Positions 48,815 through 61,817 of a stretch of DNA of 64,000 bases are shown here, in pieces (the first letter of the stretch is position 1; every line of letters starts with the position of its first letter). The translations under genes were made by a program, and so were the position numbers. Location: positions 64,361,794 to 64,425,793 of the forward strand of contig NC_057719.1 of assembly GCF_004010195.1 (NCBI RefSeq), given 5' to 3'. The DNA is from Chiloscyllium plagiosum. Its lineage: Eukaryota. The notes under the pieces were generated by a model, which searched no databases, was not told where the DNA came from, and saw only the letters and a list, made by a program, of their open reading frames with translations.

Positions 48815-50840
48815 GCAGCAAGGGAACTATGGAGCTATGAGGGAGGAGCTGGCCAAAGTTCAATGGTGCAATACCTTAGCAGGGATGACAGTGGAGGAAC
48901 AATGGCAGATATTTTTGTGTATGAAGCAGAAGATGCAGGATCAGTTCATTCCAAAAAGGAAGAAAGATCCTAGGAGGAGGCATGGGTGGCCNNNNNNNNN
49001 NNNNNNNNNNNNNNNNNNNNNNNNNNNNNNNNNNNNNNNNNNNNNNNNNNNNNNNNNNNNNNNNNNNNNNNNNNNNNNNNNNNNNNNNNNNNNNNNNNNN
49101 NNNNNNNNNNNNNNNNNNNNNNNNNNNNNNNNNNNNNNNNNNNNNNNNNNNNNNNNNNNNNNNNNNNNNNNNNNNNNNNNNNNNNNNNNNNNNNNNNNNN
49201 NNNNNNNNNNNNNNNNNNNNNNNNNNNNNNNNNNNNNNNNNNNNNNNNNNNNNNNNNNNNNNNNNNNNNNNNNNNNNNNNNNNNNNNNNNNNNNNNNNNN
49301 NNNNNNNNNNNNNNNNNNNNNNNNNNNNNNNNNNNNNNNNNNNNNNNNNNNNNNNNNNNNNNNNNNNNNNNNNNNNNNNNNNNNNNNNNNNNNNNNNNNN
49401 NNNNNNNNNNNNNNNNNNNNNNNNNNNNNNNNNNNNNNNNNNNNNNNNNNNNNNNNNNNNNNNNNNNNNNNNNNNNNNNNNNNNNNNNNNNNNNNNNNNN
49501 NNNNNNNNNNNNNNNNNNNNNNNNNNNNNNNNNNNNNNNNNNNNNNNNNNNNNNNNNNNNNNNNNNNNNNNNNNNNNNNNNNNNNNNNNNNNNNNNNNNN
49601 NNNNNNNNNNNNNNNNNNNNNNNNNNNNNNNNNNNNNNNNNNNNNNNNNNNNNNNNNNNNNNNNNNNNNNNNNNNNNNNNNNNNNNNNNNTAGTGAGCAA
49701 AATTAGGGTGCATGGTATTGGGGGCAAAGTACTAACTTGGATTGAAAGTTGGTTGGCTGATAGGAAACAAAGAGAAGTGATAAACGGCTCTATTTCAGAA
49801 TGGTAGGCAGTGACCAGTGGGGTACCGCAGGGATCAGTACTGCGACCGCAGCTTTTTACAATATATATTAATGATATAGAAGATGGTATTAGTAGTAAAA
49901 TTAGCAAATTTGCTGATGATACAAAGCTGGGTGGCAGGGTGAAATGTGAGGAGGTTGTTAGGAGATTACAGGGTGACCTGGACAGGTTAGGTGAGTGGTC
50001 AGATGCATGGCAGATGCAGTTTAATGTGGGTAAATGTATGGTTATCCACTTTGGTGGCAAGAACAGGAAAGCAGATTACTACCTAAATGGAATCAATTTA
50101 GGTAAAGGGGCAGTACAAAGAGATCTGGGTGTTCTTGTACACCAGTCAATGAAGGTAAGCATGCAGATACAGCAGGTAGTGAAGAAAGCTAATAGCATGC
50201 TGGCCTTAGTAATAAGAGGGATTGAGTATAGAAACAAAGAGGTTCTTTTGCAGCTGTACAGGGCACTGGTGAGACCACACTTGGAGTATTGTGTGCAGTT
50301 CTGGTCTCCAAATTTGAGGAGAGACATTCTGGCTATTGAGGGAATGCAGTGTAGGTTCACGAGGTCAATTCCTGGAATGGCAGGACTACCTTACGCTGAA
50401 AGACTGGAGCGACTGGGCTTGTATACCCTTGAGTTTAGAAGACTGAGAAGGGATCTGATTGAGACATATAAGATTATTAAAGGACTGGACACTGTGGAGG
50501 CAGAAAACATGTTTCAGCTGATGGGTGAGTGCCGAACCAGAGGACACAGCTTAAAAATACGGGGTAGACCATTTGGGACAGAGATGAGGAGAACCTTCTT
50601 CACCCAGAGAGTGGTGGCTGTGTGGAATGCTCTGCCCCAGAGGGCAGTGGAGGCCCAGTCTCTGGATTCATTTAAGAAAGAGTTGGATAGAGCTCTCAAG
50701 GATAGTGGAATCAAGGGTTATGGAGATAAGGCAGGAACAGGATCCTGATTAAGGATAATCAGCCATGATCATATTGAATGGTGGTGCATGCTCGAAGGGC
50801 AGAATGGCCTACTCCTGCACCTATTGTCTATTGTCTATTT
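48815..50840 (+). mobile_element. Young CR1 LINE; RT C-terminal frame open for 312 aa (49810-50748)
   Basis: [32 protein letters not shown]; (CTATTGT)n tail; one in-frame TAG at 49804-49806; spans the N gap. Confidence 0.93.
48992..49690. other. Assembly gap
   Basis: Run of N. Confidence 1.
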
Positions 50841-51019
50841 TCATAACATTTTGATTGAAATTATTGTGCAGTTTCTCTTACTCCTCCTTGCTTCTCTTCA
50901 CAGAAGGTATATATCTCTTAGTAGGTAAGAAAACAATGTTGGTCTTCTTGTCTGAATTGCAACGTGTGAGGGTCTACATTGGGATCTGTTCTGGCAGCAG
51001 TGCTCAAGATTGAAAGACA

Positions 51020-51645
51020 TTTTGTGTGTGTGTGTGTGTGTACACACACACACACACACACAGTAAGAGTAATTCGGGCCATGTGTGTGTGTACACGTAC
51101 GGTAAAAATAACTTGGGGGGTGTGTGTACATACATGTACGGCAAGAGTCATTTGGGCTGTGTGTGTGTATACAAGGTAAAAACAATGACTGCAGATTCTG
51201 GATTAGTGGTGCTGGAAGAGCACAGCAGTTCAGACAGCATCCAAGGAGCAGCGAAATCGATGTTTCGGGCAAAAGCCCTTCATCAGGAATAAAGGCAGTG
51301 AGCCTGAAGCGTGGAGAGATAACCACGCTTCAGACTCACTGCCTTTATTCCTGATGAAGGGCTTTTGCCCGAAACGTCGATTTCGCTGCCCTTGGATGCT
51401 GTCTGAACTGCTGTGTGTATACAAGTACGGTAAGAGTTTGTGTGTGTGTATATACGTACAGTAAGAGTAACTTGAGCTGTGTGTGTGTACATACACATAC
51501 AGTAAGTTATTTGCGCTGTGTGTGTGTGTATACACATACAGTAAGAGTTATTTGGGCTGTGTGTGTATATACATATGTATGGTAAGAGTTATTTGGGTTG
51601 TGTGTGTGTGTGTATATACACACGTACGGTAAGAGTAGTTTGGGC
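51020..51645. repeat. Compound (TG)n-rich minisatellite, ~35-40 bp unit, ~10 copies
   Basis: Unit approximately (TG)nTATACACATACGGTAAGAGTTATTTGGGC; split by the palindromic element. Confidence 0.88.
51162..51425. mobile_element. Palindromic family A1 hammerhead element
   Basis: Arms 51221-51314 / 51323-51415, loop AGAGATAA; duplication TGTGTGTATACAAG at 51162-51175 and 51412-51425. Confidence 0.85.
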
Positions 51646-54278
51646 CATGGAAGTGGAGGGGTCATGTGGGAAACCTCCTCAATATGTTCCTGCCTCATGG
51701 CGACTTGACCAGGGCCGACAGAAAACCAGGTCAGCAGCCCACTTCACAGAGGGAGGCAGCCATTTGTTCTAATGATGATACCATTCGAGGTCATTTGCAT
51801 TTGTATTTTATTTCAGTTTGTGGAGGCTTCCTTCTGAACAAAGGTAGCCATCCAACAGCTGGCCAGGGTACTTTCAGAATCTAGGGGTCTGTATTCCAAT
51901 GTCAATGCCTTGGGGATGAAAGGATGCAGGGCCTGTGAAGGGCTTTCCATTCCACACCAATCGTCCTACTCTCTTCAATTTTCACTTTGATGCTGACAAT
52001 TGAGATCGAGGTGGAGAGCCTCTGGATAGGTACAACATTGGATCGAGATTGCAGAAGTAGACAGCTGGGAGGCTGCCTTCTTGAAGGCTGTGAGAGTGAG
52101 TGTGCTAAGGACGTGGGCAGACTTGGTGTCTCCCATGATAGGCTGGATGTTTGGAACCCTACACCCACCTGAAAGTCCTATGCGTTTGGTTTCTGTCTTA
52201 CAATGCATTTCCATCTGGACTCATCATAGGAATTGGAAATGACATTCCATACCATTTTATGGCCCCCTTCTCATCAGAACCTTGATTACAGCAGAAAGCA
52301 TCGTCTGTATGCCAGGAGCTGCAAGTATTGTATCACACAAAAGCAAACGTTCAAGATATTCCGTGGTCAAAACATAATGTTTGTCTGAACATGAGAATGC
52401 TCTCCTTCTGAAGGTCAAGTTGACTAGATGTAAACAGCATACCCAAAACAAAACTTGACAGCTATGCTGTACAAATGTTAAATGTTCCAGCTGCTTTGTG
52501 ATATGAAATCTGCAGCTAATAATACTGCATTCAGTTGATAAACTGTAAGCTAGGAATTTGTTTTGTTCATGCTGCTCTGTTGGGAGTAGAGAATGTAGAT
52601 CAAGTTACACCTGAAACGTCAGCCAATTATTTCTGTTGCCTGTACATCAAGATCACATTTTATTCGGTTGTCCCAAAGCAAGCAAGCTTAATTTCAGTTT
52701 AATTTCTTTTCTTTTTAATTATCACTACTTGAAAAAGGTATTTGGAGAATATTGTAGCTCCTGGAAATCTGAAATAACAACTAACAAGACTGAGGTGTCA
52801 GTGGGGCAGCACTTTGGGGCCAGAGACCATAATTCTATTAGTTTTAACATCGTGATGGAAAAGGATAGACCAGATCTAAAAGTTGAAGTTCTAAATTGGA
52901 GGAAAGACAATTCTGATGGTATCAGGCAAGAACTTTCAAAACCTGATTGGGTGCTGATGTTTGCAGGTAAAGGGACGGCTGGAAAATGGGAAGCATTCAG
53001 AAATGAGATAACAAGAGTTCAGAGAAAGTATATTACTGTTAGGGTGAAAGGAAAAGCTGGTAGGTATAGGGAATGCTGGATGACTAAAGAAATTGAGGTT
53101 TTGGTTAAGAAAAAGAAGGAAGCATATGTCAGATATAGACAGGATAGATCGAGTAAATCCTTAGATTATAAAGGCAATAGGAGTATACTTAAGAGAGAAA
53201 ACAGGAGGGTAAAAAGGGGACATGAGATAGCTTTGGCAAATACAGTTAAGGAGAATCCAAATGGTTTTTACAAATACATTAAGGACAAAAGGGTAACTAG
53301 GGAGAGAATAGGGCCCCTCAAAGATCAGCAAGGCGGCCTTTGTGTGGAGCCGCAGAAAATGGGGGAGATACTAAACGAGTATTTTGCATCAGTATTTACT
53401 GTGGAAAAGGATATGGAAGATATAGAATGTAGGGAAATAGATGGTGACATCTTGAAAAATGTCCATATTACAGAGGAGAAAGTGCTGGATGTCTTGAAAC
53501 AGGTAAAGGTGGATATAATCCCCAGGACCTGATCAGGTGTACTCTAGAACTCTAGGGGAAGCTGGGAAGTGATTGCTGGGCCTCTTACTGCGATATTTGT
53601 ATCATCGATACTGACAAGTGAGGTGCTGGAAAACTGGAGTTTGGCTAATGTGGTGCCATTGTTTAAGAAAGGTGGTAAGGACAAGCCAGGGAACTATAGA
53701 CCAGTGAGCCTGATGGTGGTGGTGGGCAAGTTGTTGGAGGGAATCCTGAGGGACAGGATGTACATGTATTTGGAAAGGCAAGGATTGATTAGGGATAGGC
53801 AACATGGCTTTGTGTGTTGGAAATCATGTCTCACAAACTTGATTGGGTTTTTTGAAGAAGTAACAAAGAGGATTGAAAGGGCAGAACAATGGGCATGATC
53901 TACATAGATTTCAGTAAGGTATTCAACAAGGTTCCCCATGGGAGACTGGTTAGTAAGGTTAGATCTCATGGAATACAGGGAGAACTAGCCATTTGGATAC
54001 AGAACTAACTCAAAGGTAGAAGACAGAAGGTGGTGGTGGAGGGTTGTTTTTCAGACTGGAGGCCTGTTACCAGTGGAGTGCCACAAGGATCGGTGCTGGG
54101 TCCACTACTTTTCTTCATTTTTCTAAATTATTTGGATGTGAGCATAACAGGTATAGTTAGTAAGTTTGTAGATGACACCAAAATTGGAGGTGTAGTGGAC
54201 AGCGAAGAAGGTCATCTCAGATTACAACGGGATTTTGATCAGATGGGCCAATGGGCTGAGAAATGGCAGATGGAGTTT

Positions 54279-54516
54279 AATTCAGATAACAAACAGGAAA
54301 TGACATCACCACAAACCCCAGGAACCCCATTCAGGAGAAAGGTATAAATAGAAAGCAGGAGACAACAGCTTTGCTTCACTTGGAGGTCGCCACTGATGAT
54401 GTTACCTAGCCAGGTAATGAAACGTCTGGATATCAAAACTACAGCTCAGTGAGCAAACCTACACCCTAAACCTCAACCTGAGCTACAAAACTTCACAAAC
54501 CTTGCAATTCAGATAA
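54279..54516 (+). mobile_element. Solo pLTR of Penelope family B inserted in CR1
   Basis: 216-bp insert (54290-54505) between perfect duplications AATTCAGATAA (54279-54289, 54506-54516); homologous to ~26000-26160 and ~29165-29340. Confidence 0.85.
54390..54429 (+). ncRNA. Minimal hammerhead ribozyme motif (family B, intact core)
   Basis: CCA-CTGATGA-T-GTTACC-TAGCCA-GGTAAT-GAAA-C-GTC-TGG; stem I CCA/TGG, stem II GTTACC/GGTAAT; predicted cleavage after 54426. Confidence 0.75.
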
Positions 54517-55374
54517 ATGTGAGATACTGCCTTTTGGGAAAACAAATCTTAGCAGGATTTATACACTTATTGGTAAGGTCCTAGGGAATGTTGCTGAACA
54601 AAGAGACCTCGGAGTGCAGGTTCATAGCTCCTTGAAAGTGGAGTCGCAGGTAGATAGGATAGTCAAGAAGGCGTTTGGTATGCTTTCCTTTATTGGTCAG
54701 AGTATTGAGTACAGGAGTTGGGAGGTCATGTTGCAGCTGTACAGGACATTGGTTAGGCCACTGTTGGAATATTGCGTGCAATTCTGGTCTCCTTCCTATC
54801 GGAAAGATGTTGTGAAATTTGAAAGGGTTCAGAAAGATTTACAGAATGTTGCTGTAGGATTTGAGCTATAAGGAGAAATTGAATAGGCTAGGGCTGTTTT
54901 CCCTGGAGTGTCAGAGGCTGAGAAGTGACCTTTATAGAGGTTTATAAAATCATGAGGGACATGGATAGGATAAATAGACAAAGTCTTTTCCCTGGGTTGG
55001 GGGAGTCCAGAACTAGAGGGCATAGGTTTAGGGGAGAGGGGAAAGATATAAAAGAGACCTTGGGGCAACTTTTTCATGCAGAGGGTGGTACGTGTATGGA
55101 ATTAGCATCCAGAAGAATTGGTGGAGGCTGGTACAACTGCAACATTTAAAAGGCATCTGGATGGGTATATGAATAGGAAGGGTTTGGAGGGATATGGGCC
55201 GGGTGTTGGCAGGTGGGACTAGATTGGGTTGGGATATCTGGTTGGCATGGGCGAGTTGGACCCAAAGGGTCTGTTTCTGTGCTGTACATTTCTATGACTC
55301 TAACGTTCAAATACTCAGCAAGTCAGGCAGATTGGTAGAGAGAGAAGACAGGACATTTTGGGAATGGACTGGCA

Positions 55375-55600
55375 ATTTGGCTTAGTGGTTAGCACTGCTA
55401 CCTCACAGCGCCAGGGACCCAGATTTGATTCCAACCTTGGAGTTGCACATTCTCCCTGCGTTTGCGTGGGTTTCCTCTGATTTCCAACCAGAGTCCAGAG
55501 ATGTGCAGCTTAGGTGGATTGGCCATGGCACATTGTCCATATAGTATTCGGGGATGGTGTAGGCTAGGTGGATTAGCTAGAGTAGATGTGGGGTTACTGC
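55375..55600 (+). mobile_element. Decayed V-SINE (HE1-like)
   Basis: TGGCTTAGTGGTTAGCACTGC...TTGCACATTCTCCCTGCGTTTGCGTGGGTTTCCTC. Confidence 0.8.
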
Positions 55601-55604
55601 AGAA

Positions 55605-55700
55605 CTTCACCTGACGAAGGAGCAGCACTCTAAAAGCTTGTGGTTTCAAATAAATGTGTTGGACTATACTTTGGCATTGTGTGACTTTTGACTTTGTTTA
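55605..55700 (+). mobile_element. Family C hammerhead-type short element (decayed)
   Basis: CAC-CTGACGA-A-GGAG-CAGCA-CTCT-AAAAG-CTT-GTG, followed by AAATAAA...GGACTATA. Confidence 0.55.
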
Positions 55701-55984
55701 ATTTAGTATGGAGAGCACATTAGTTGTGACTGGTATTGTACAGCTGAAGGTTAGGCGGGTTTGTAGATTCCCAGGCGTCCTGTAGTGTTTTGCAGCCTTG
55801 AGGAGTCTGTCAGCCATGTGTAATTAAATGTGTAAGTCTGTAGCCCCCATTTCATTCTCTTGAGTTATTCTTCATATTTAACCTGTGCTGCAGCCTTTTG
55901 CTTATTTGGAGTAACTGATTTATCAAAGTAGTATGAAGAGAGAGACTCGATACGAAATTTTAAATTCTGCAAGATTCATTTGGA

Positions 55985-56690
55985 GTCATACAGTGTGAAA
56001 ACAGACCCTTCAGTCCAACCAGTTCATGCTGACCATGACCCCAAACTAAACTAGTCCCACCTGCCTGCGCTTGGCCCATATCCCTCCAAATCTTTCCGAT
56101 TCATGAATGTATCCAAGTGTCTTTTAAAAGTTGTAACAATACCTGCATCCACTACTTTCTCAGGCAGTTCATTCCACACATGAATCATTCTCTGTGTAAA
56201 AAAGTTGCCCTCATGTCCTTTTTAAATCTTTTTCCTCTCACCTTAAAAAATATGTCCCCTAATTTTGAACTCACGCACTTGAATAAGAAGACCCTTGTCA
56301 TCGACCTTATCCAAGGCCCTCAGGATTTTATAAACTACAATAAGGTCTCCCCTCAACCCTCTACACTCCAGTGGAAAAATGTCCCAGTCTTTCCAGTTTA
56401 TTTTTATGTCTTAAAACATCCATTCTTAGCAACACCCTGTTAAATCTTTTCTGAATCCTCTCTAGTTTAATAATATCCTTCCCTTAACAGGGCAATGAGA
56501 ACTGCACACAGTACTCCAGAAGAGACCTCACCAACATCCTGTACAACCACAACATAATGTCCCAATCCCTCTACTCAAAGGAGTAAGCAATGGAGGCAAT
56601 CATGCTAAACACCTTGTTAACCACCTTAACTACCTTCTTAACTACCTGTGATGCAAGAATTATGTACCTGAACCCTTAGGTCTGACTTTG
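55985..56690 (-). mobile_element. CR1 3' fragment
   Basis: Reverse complement of LEYCVQF and the 3' tail. Confidence 0.85.
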
Positions 56691-56769
56691 TGATTTGACC
56701 TTTATTACAGTGCTCCTCTAAGTGGCTGTCACGTTTGAATTTGATTTAGTTGGTATTTAAAAGTCCTTT

Positions 56770-56887
56770 GGGCTTTTGCCCAAAGTGTTGATTCTCCTGC
56801 TCCTCGGATGCTGCCTGACCTACTGTGCTTTTCCAGCACCACTCTCTCAACTCTGATCTCCAGCATCTGCAGTCCTCGCTTTCTCTC
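56770..56887 (+). mobile_element. Family A2 element, truncated within the hammerhead
   Basis: GGGCTTTTGCCC...GATGCTGCCTGACC...CTCCAGCATCTGCAGTCCTC. Confidence 0.75.
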
Positions 56888-57001
56888 AGCACAGAAACAT
56901 GTCCTGTCACCCAACTTATCCATGCCAACCATATTTCCTAAACTGAACTAGTCCTCTTTGTCCATTCCTATAGAGACAGATCACACTTCACACATTATGT
57001 T

Positions 57002-57719
57002 TGTCATGAAGATGTGGGTATACTGTACCTTTTAAGAAAGTTAAAAGCGAGCAGAGCAACCTGACAGCACCAAGTGTTCTGAATAAGGTACAATGTAACA
57101 TGTGGTTCAGCAGCTAACATAGCTGGTTGCCTGGAGACAAAAATAAATTTGAATTAGGCCAATCAGTTTAAATTATACCCCTAAAAAAACAAACTCCAAT
57201 CAAGTTTGAGTTTAGTATATTGACAATATTAAAAACCAATGACACAATCTGATGCTTTGGGGGTGTAAGATCGGGAAAAATTGAACAGTTGGGAGAGAAC
57301 TGCTGAAAGACCAACAGATGTAGGCTGCTAGACAGAACTCTCTGAGAGGTACATGTGTAGAGAAGGAGTTTCACAGAGAAAAACATCAACACAGACCTGG
57401 AAAATAACTCTACAGAGGAAGATATAACGAGAAGATTTGACCGCTGGCTGGTTTTAAAATCTGAATTTTTCAGTAAACCTTAAATCGAGGGTTTTATCAG
57501 ACTAGTATTATAGAAGGGAAAGTAAAAGATGGATTAGAAGAAGGAATTGCCAACAGATGTTAGTTAATTATTCTCTGTTATATTTTAAGAAATAAAGTTG
57601 TTAATTTTTACTTTAAGTAGTTCTTGGCCACTCAAATTTTCACAGATTACTCCACAGGATAAATCCTTTCTGTGTTGCTGGTTGAAATTAAGCAGAAGGG
57701 TTTATCCTGTGTCATAACA
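57002..57719 (+). mobile_element. Solo LTR (gypsy/ERV-like)
   Basis: Termini TGTCATGA...TCATAACA (imperfect inverted TG...CA), AATAAA at ~57591, flanks ATGTT/CTGTT. Confidence 0.65.
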
Positions 57720-59189
57720 CTGTTATCAAAGTTTAGACAACCTAGGACCTCCCAACATTGCACAGGAGTACCGCTAGCTGTCAAAAAATGAAAGGAGCCT
57801 TTGCTCCCATACTCCATTTCACAGCCTCAGAGCATCTCCAAATATTTTACAGCCAGTTAAGTGCTTTTGTATCACTGTTATAACATAGGAAACAGGTCAG
57901 CCAATGTGCCCCAGTTAAATCCCACAGACTGTTAGATGTGTTGATGGTTTTGAAAGGGTTAATGTGGAGACTGCATGATCTGCTTCACTCAATCTGCCCA
58001 TTTCATACTCTAGTGAAGGAAAAAGAGCAGTGTAACTTGCGATCCTGTTGGGATCGGACATGTCATCCCTGGATCCTGATATTCTCAACAAGTATTCTTA
58101 GCCAATGTAACTTGTACCTATCATTCAATACGTCACATCTTGTTGTTAAGCCAAGTGCCTCCTCTTCTTAAGATGCACTAGTGTTTAATCCTCTACAACA
58201 GTTAACCAAATAGATACATAGATCCAGTATAAAAAGGAGGATTGACGGCATCAACCTACCACAACTATGAGTGAAGTGATTGGTTCAGTAGCACAGACAT
58301 GACGATGACAGGATGGTCTGTTGTCAGGTGTTTGTGAGGAATATCTAGAACACCTATAGAATATCTATACTTATCCTAGGGCACACTTTTCATAACTACC
58401 TGAGAAAGCAGCCAAGAGCCTCAGTTTAACATCTTATCCAAAAGACTGTATCACTGACGGTGCTGTGCCCTCTCAAGATGTAACGGGGATTGGTGTCGGG
58501 GTCTCCACTGTTTACCACTTATCGCATCATATTAGGAGCAGGGGTAGGATACGTTCAGGCCCTCGAGTCTGCACCACCTTTCAGTAAGATCATGACTGAT
58601 TTGATTGTAAAAATGACAGGATAGTATCGTGCACTTGAATGGCTCTCTAGGCCAGAGGTTTCTGACGCAGATGTGAGGGCAATGAGCTGCAGCTAACAAC
58701 GAAGAATGCAAGTCTGCACATTTTACTAAAGCTCCTACCTTTGGGAGTTTGCTGATAGAGGTATCTCGAATGAAAGAATCCTAAAATCCAGTGGAGGGCC
58801 TGTCCCTCCAGATTCTTTACTGAGACGGCAGCCTTGGTTCAGGTGTTGGATTATCAAATCTGCAGCAAGGGTCTGACTTGATCCTGAGCTTTGATGAATG
58901 AGTGTGTTATTTTGGAGCCACCTTATTGTCAACGAAACAGAAGTGACTTAATCATCTTCTTTTCAAGAATTGATCATGACTAGTCGATCGCTAGGCATCT
59001 GACAATCGTGGCCTTGTGCCCTTGTTCGCTGAACAGCAGGAACCTGGTTTCCTCCTGGACAATGCAACCCACTGTAAACTGGATCAAATGTTGTCCATGC
59101 TCTTGATCCACCCACCCAACTTACCTCAAACTCTGAAATGCAGTGATTAATGTGGCAGTTTGTGAGTATGACTTCAGGGGGACATAAAG

Positions 59190-59925
59190 TAGGGAAGACA
59201 CCAGACAGTTGATAGTTAACACAGTTGGATGTGAGGTGGTGCACGTTGGTGGGAAGAATGAAATCAGGAAGTTTGGGTTGGATGTCACAGCTCTGTGGTG
59301 GTTATTTGCAGGAGCAGAGAAGTCTGTGGATATAGATCTGTGTCAGTAGTAAGAAACATGGAAAGGGCTATTAAAATGCATATGTGATTCTTGGTGAATG
59401 GAAGGAGAGAGAATAGGGGCAGGGAATTCATTCCTGATTTGTAGAACCCAGTTAGAGTATTATATTCAAATTTGGGTTTTCAGTCATATGTCAGGCCCTT
59501 TAATAGGATGCAAAAATGATTTACCAGAATGATGCCTAGGATGAGAGACTTCAGATATGTGTAGACACGGAAAAGCTTGGGATTTTCTCCTTTAGAGTAG
59601 AGAATGTAGCGGCGAATTGACGGAGGTGTTCAAAATCCTAAATAATTCTGATTGACAAAGTAAATAGTAAGCTACTTCCAGTGACAGAAAGCATTGGTAA
59701 CCAGTGGGCACTGATTCAAGGTGATTGGCCAAAGAAACAATGGCTACAAACGTGGTGACATTTTCTTCTGACACAGTGGGTTGTTGCAATCTGGAATGTA
59801 TGACCTCAGAGGTTGATGGAAAGAATGCAGTGGTAGAATTCCAAAGAGAATTGGACAAACTCCTGAAGGGAATAAAATTGCTGGGCTCTTGACACAGATC
59901 AGGGAGAAATGGGATAGCTCTCCAA
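59190..59925 (+). mobile_element. Highly decayed CR1 3' region
   Basis: Remnants of CEVVH, LEY.IQ.W, FTRMMPRM and EVFKIL. Confidence 0.65.
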
Positions 59926-60172
59926 AAGAGCTGAAAATGTGTTGCTCGAAAAGCGCAGCAGGTCAGGCAGCATCCAAGGAGCAGGAGAATCGACGTTTTG
60001 GGCATGAGCCCTTCTTCAGGAGCCTGAAGAAAGGCTCAAGCCCGAAACGTCGATTCTCCTGCTCCTTGGATGCTGCCTGACCTGCTGCGCTTTTCCAGCA
60101 AGACATTTTCAGCTCTGATCTCCAGCATCTGCAGTCCTCACTTTCTCCTTTTTTCTAGCTCTCCAAAAGAGC
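59915..60172. mobile_element. Palindromic family A2 hammerhead element
   Basis: Arms 59927-60020 / 60023-60116 with a 2-nt spacer; duplication TAGCTCTCCAAAAGAGC at 59915-59931 and 60156-60172. Confidence 0.85.
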
Positions 60173-61817
60173 CAGTAATGCCACAGTAAACTTAATTGAT
60201 TCCCTTACTGTATAAGTATACAAAAAAGAGATCTTGTCTGTATCAAAAAAAAGTCACATTGTATTTGCATATTTCTATTCTTATTTTCCTTGAAGCAAAA
60301 TTCTGGCCAATATTTGCAATTCAGTGAACAAATTAACAGTGCTTTTACAAAAACTTTCCAGTAATGCTGATTAACTAGATGACAGTGTAGCCAGTTAGCA
60401 AGACTATTGACTGTGTGCTTCCAGATCAACTGAATGGAGTTTGATCCTTGTTCCAGTTAGGATCTGTCTCCTCGGCCTATTCCAAACCAATCTCAGCAAT
60501 TTGGTGTGGTTCAGAAAATAATCAACGAAGACCACCCTTCAGGCAGACAACTCAAAAACAATTATTATTCTTGATATTACTGAGATGTTTGTCGCATGTA
60601 TTTGCATTAAAGTTATAATTGAGCACAGGATTTTTCCTGTTTTTTCTACTGGGGGTGTGTGAATGTGACAGTGGGGAATTACCATAATAGTTTACCATGT
60701 CCTTTACTCTGTTCATTGACCCATGTCTTGTGCACTCACAGGAGCACAAAGTGGAAACTTGCGTAAATTGTTGTTTTTGCCAATGTACACAGTTTCAACA
60801 TTGCTGCTCTCTGCTGTGACTTTGAGTTCAAGCTGATTTGAGAACAAACCTAAACACGTTCTATGTCATCAGATGAATTAGTATCCGATAACAACCCCTG
60901 TATTTTTTATACATGCAAAAGTAAACACTTCTAAAGCTTTAGCTTTAAAAATGGAGCTAAAACGAAAAGTAGAAGGGATGTCAAAGGTAAGTGGAACTAG
61001 AAATGACAATGGTATTAAATATATTTCTCATTAGTCTTTTAGAATCAGATCTTTTGCTTTCCATCTCCATTCAGGGCAGTTATAAATGGATCGCCCTATG
61101 CTTCTGCTGACATTTTTGATGCAGTCATAGGAGTGGACTCCATAGATCCTCTAACAACTCTGTGTGGCCATCTGGGAAGAGTTTCAAAGTTGGCATGGAC
61201 TGGGCACCGCTCAAGTGGTGTGCAAGAACTGAAGATACAAGCCCCCCCATCCCAACTTTGCTCTATTTTCATGCACTATACAAGACTATCAACCCCATTT
61301 TAGATTCTGCCTCTGTACATGCCATTTTACTCCAGATTTTACATGCAATAAGGCAAGGTGAGCATATGCTATTGTCTTCCAAGGACAGCTCTTGGTGAGG
61401 TACTGTCTCCCTAGGCAAACAATGTCCATGGTCCATGAAACCTATCCCTGAATGCCATATTTTTAAGTTTAAATTTTAGATTATGCCTAATGCATAAGTG
61501 AGATACAGCAAAAAGTATGTATTGGATAATGGTGTTTGCAAAATGTCTTATGTATTAATGTGAAATGTATTAGTGAGAACGGTCAAGAGTGTTTTGATTA
61601 TCATTGGCTATAACATACACGATACAGCACTATTTCAGTCACCATAGCCTTGACACTGAATGGCATATATGTAAATCAGTCACAATTCAAGATTCACTGG
61701 GAAGCCAAAACACTGCAATTGATGCTTCAACATCCAGCTTTTAAAGGATTCTCCATGTTTCCAACCAACAGGAAAAGAAAAACTTTTGTTTAGGGGATTT
61801 GGGTGTTGCTATGCCTA

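Larger units (their letters stand above)
52787..55302 (+). mobile_element. CR1 LINE ORF2 (APE end to 3' tail)
   Basis: [51 protein letters not shown]. Confidence 0.93.

Noticed and set aside
48783-50060. Long ORFs (235-394 aa) here and at 3772-4663
   Set aside because: Artefacts of translating through N gaps.
51650-52250. GC-richer block as a coding exon or transposase
   Set aside because: No recognisable motif or splice-consistent frame; likely a decayed repeat that I cannot classify.
52636-53532. 298-aa ORF as a host gene
   Set aside because: From 52787 it is CR1 ORF2; the N-terminal part is chance open flank.
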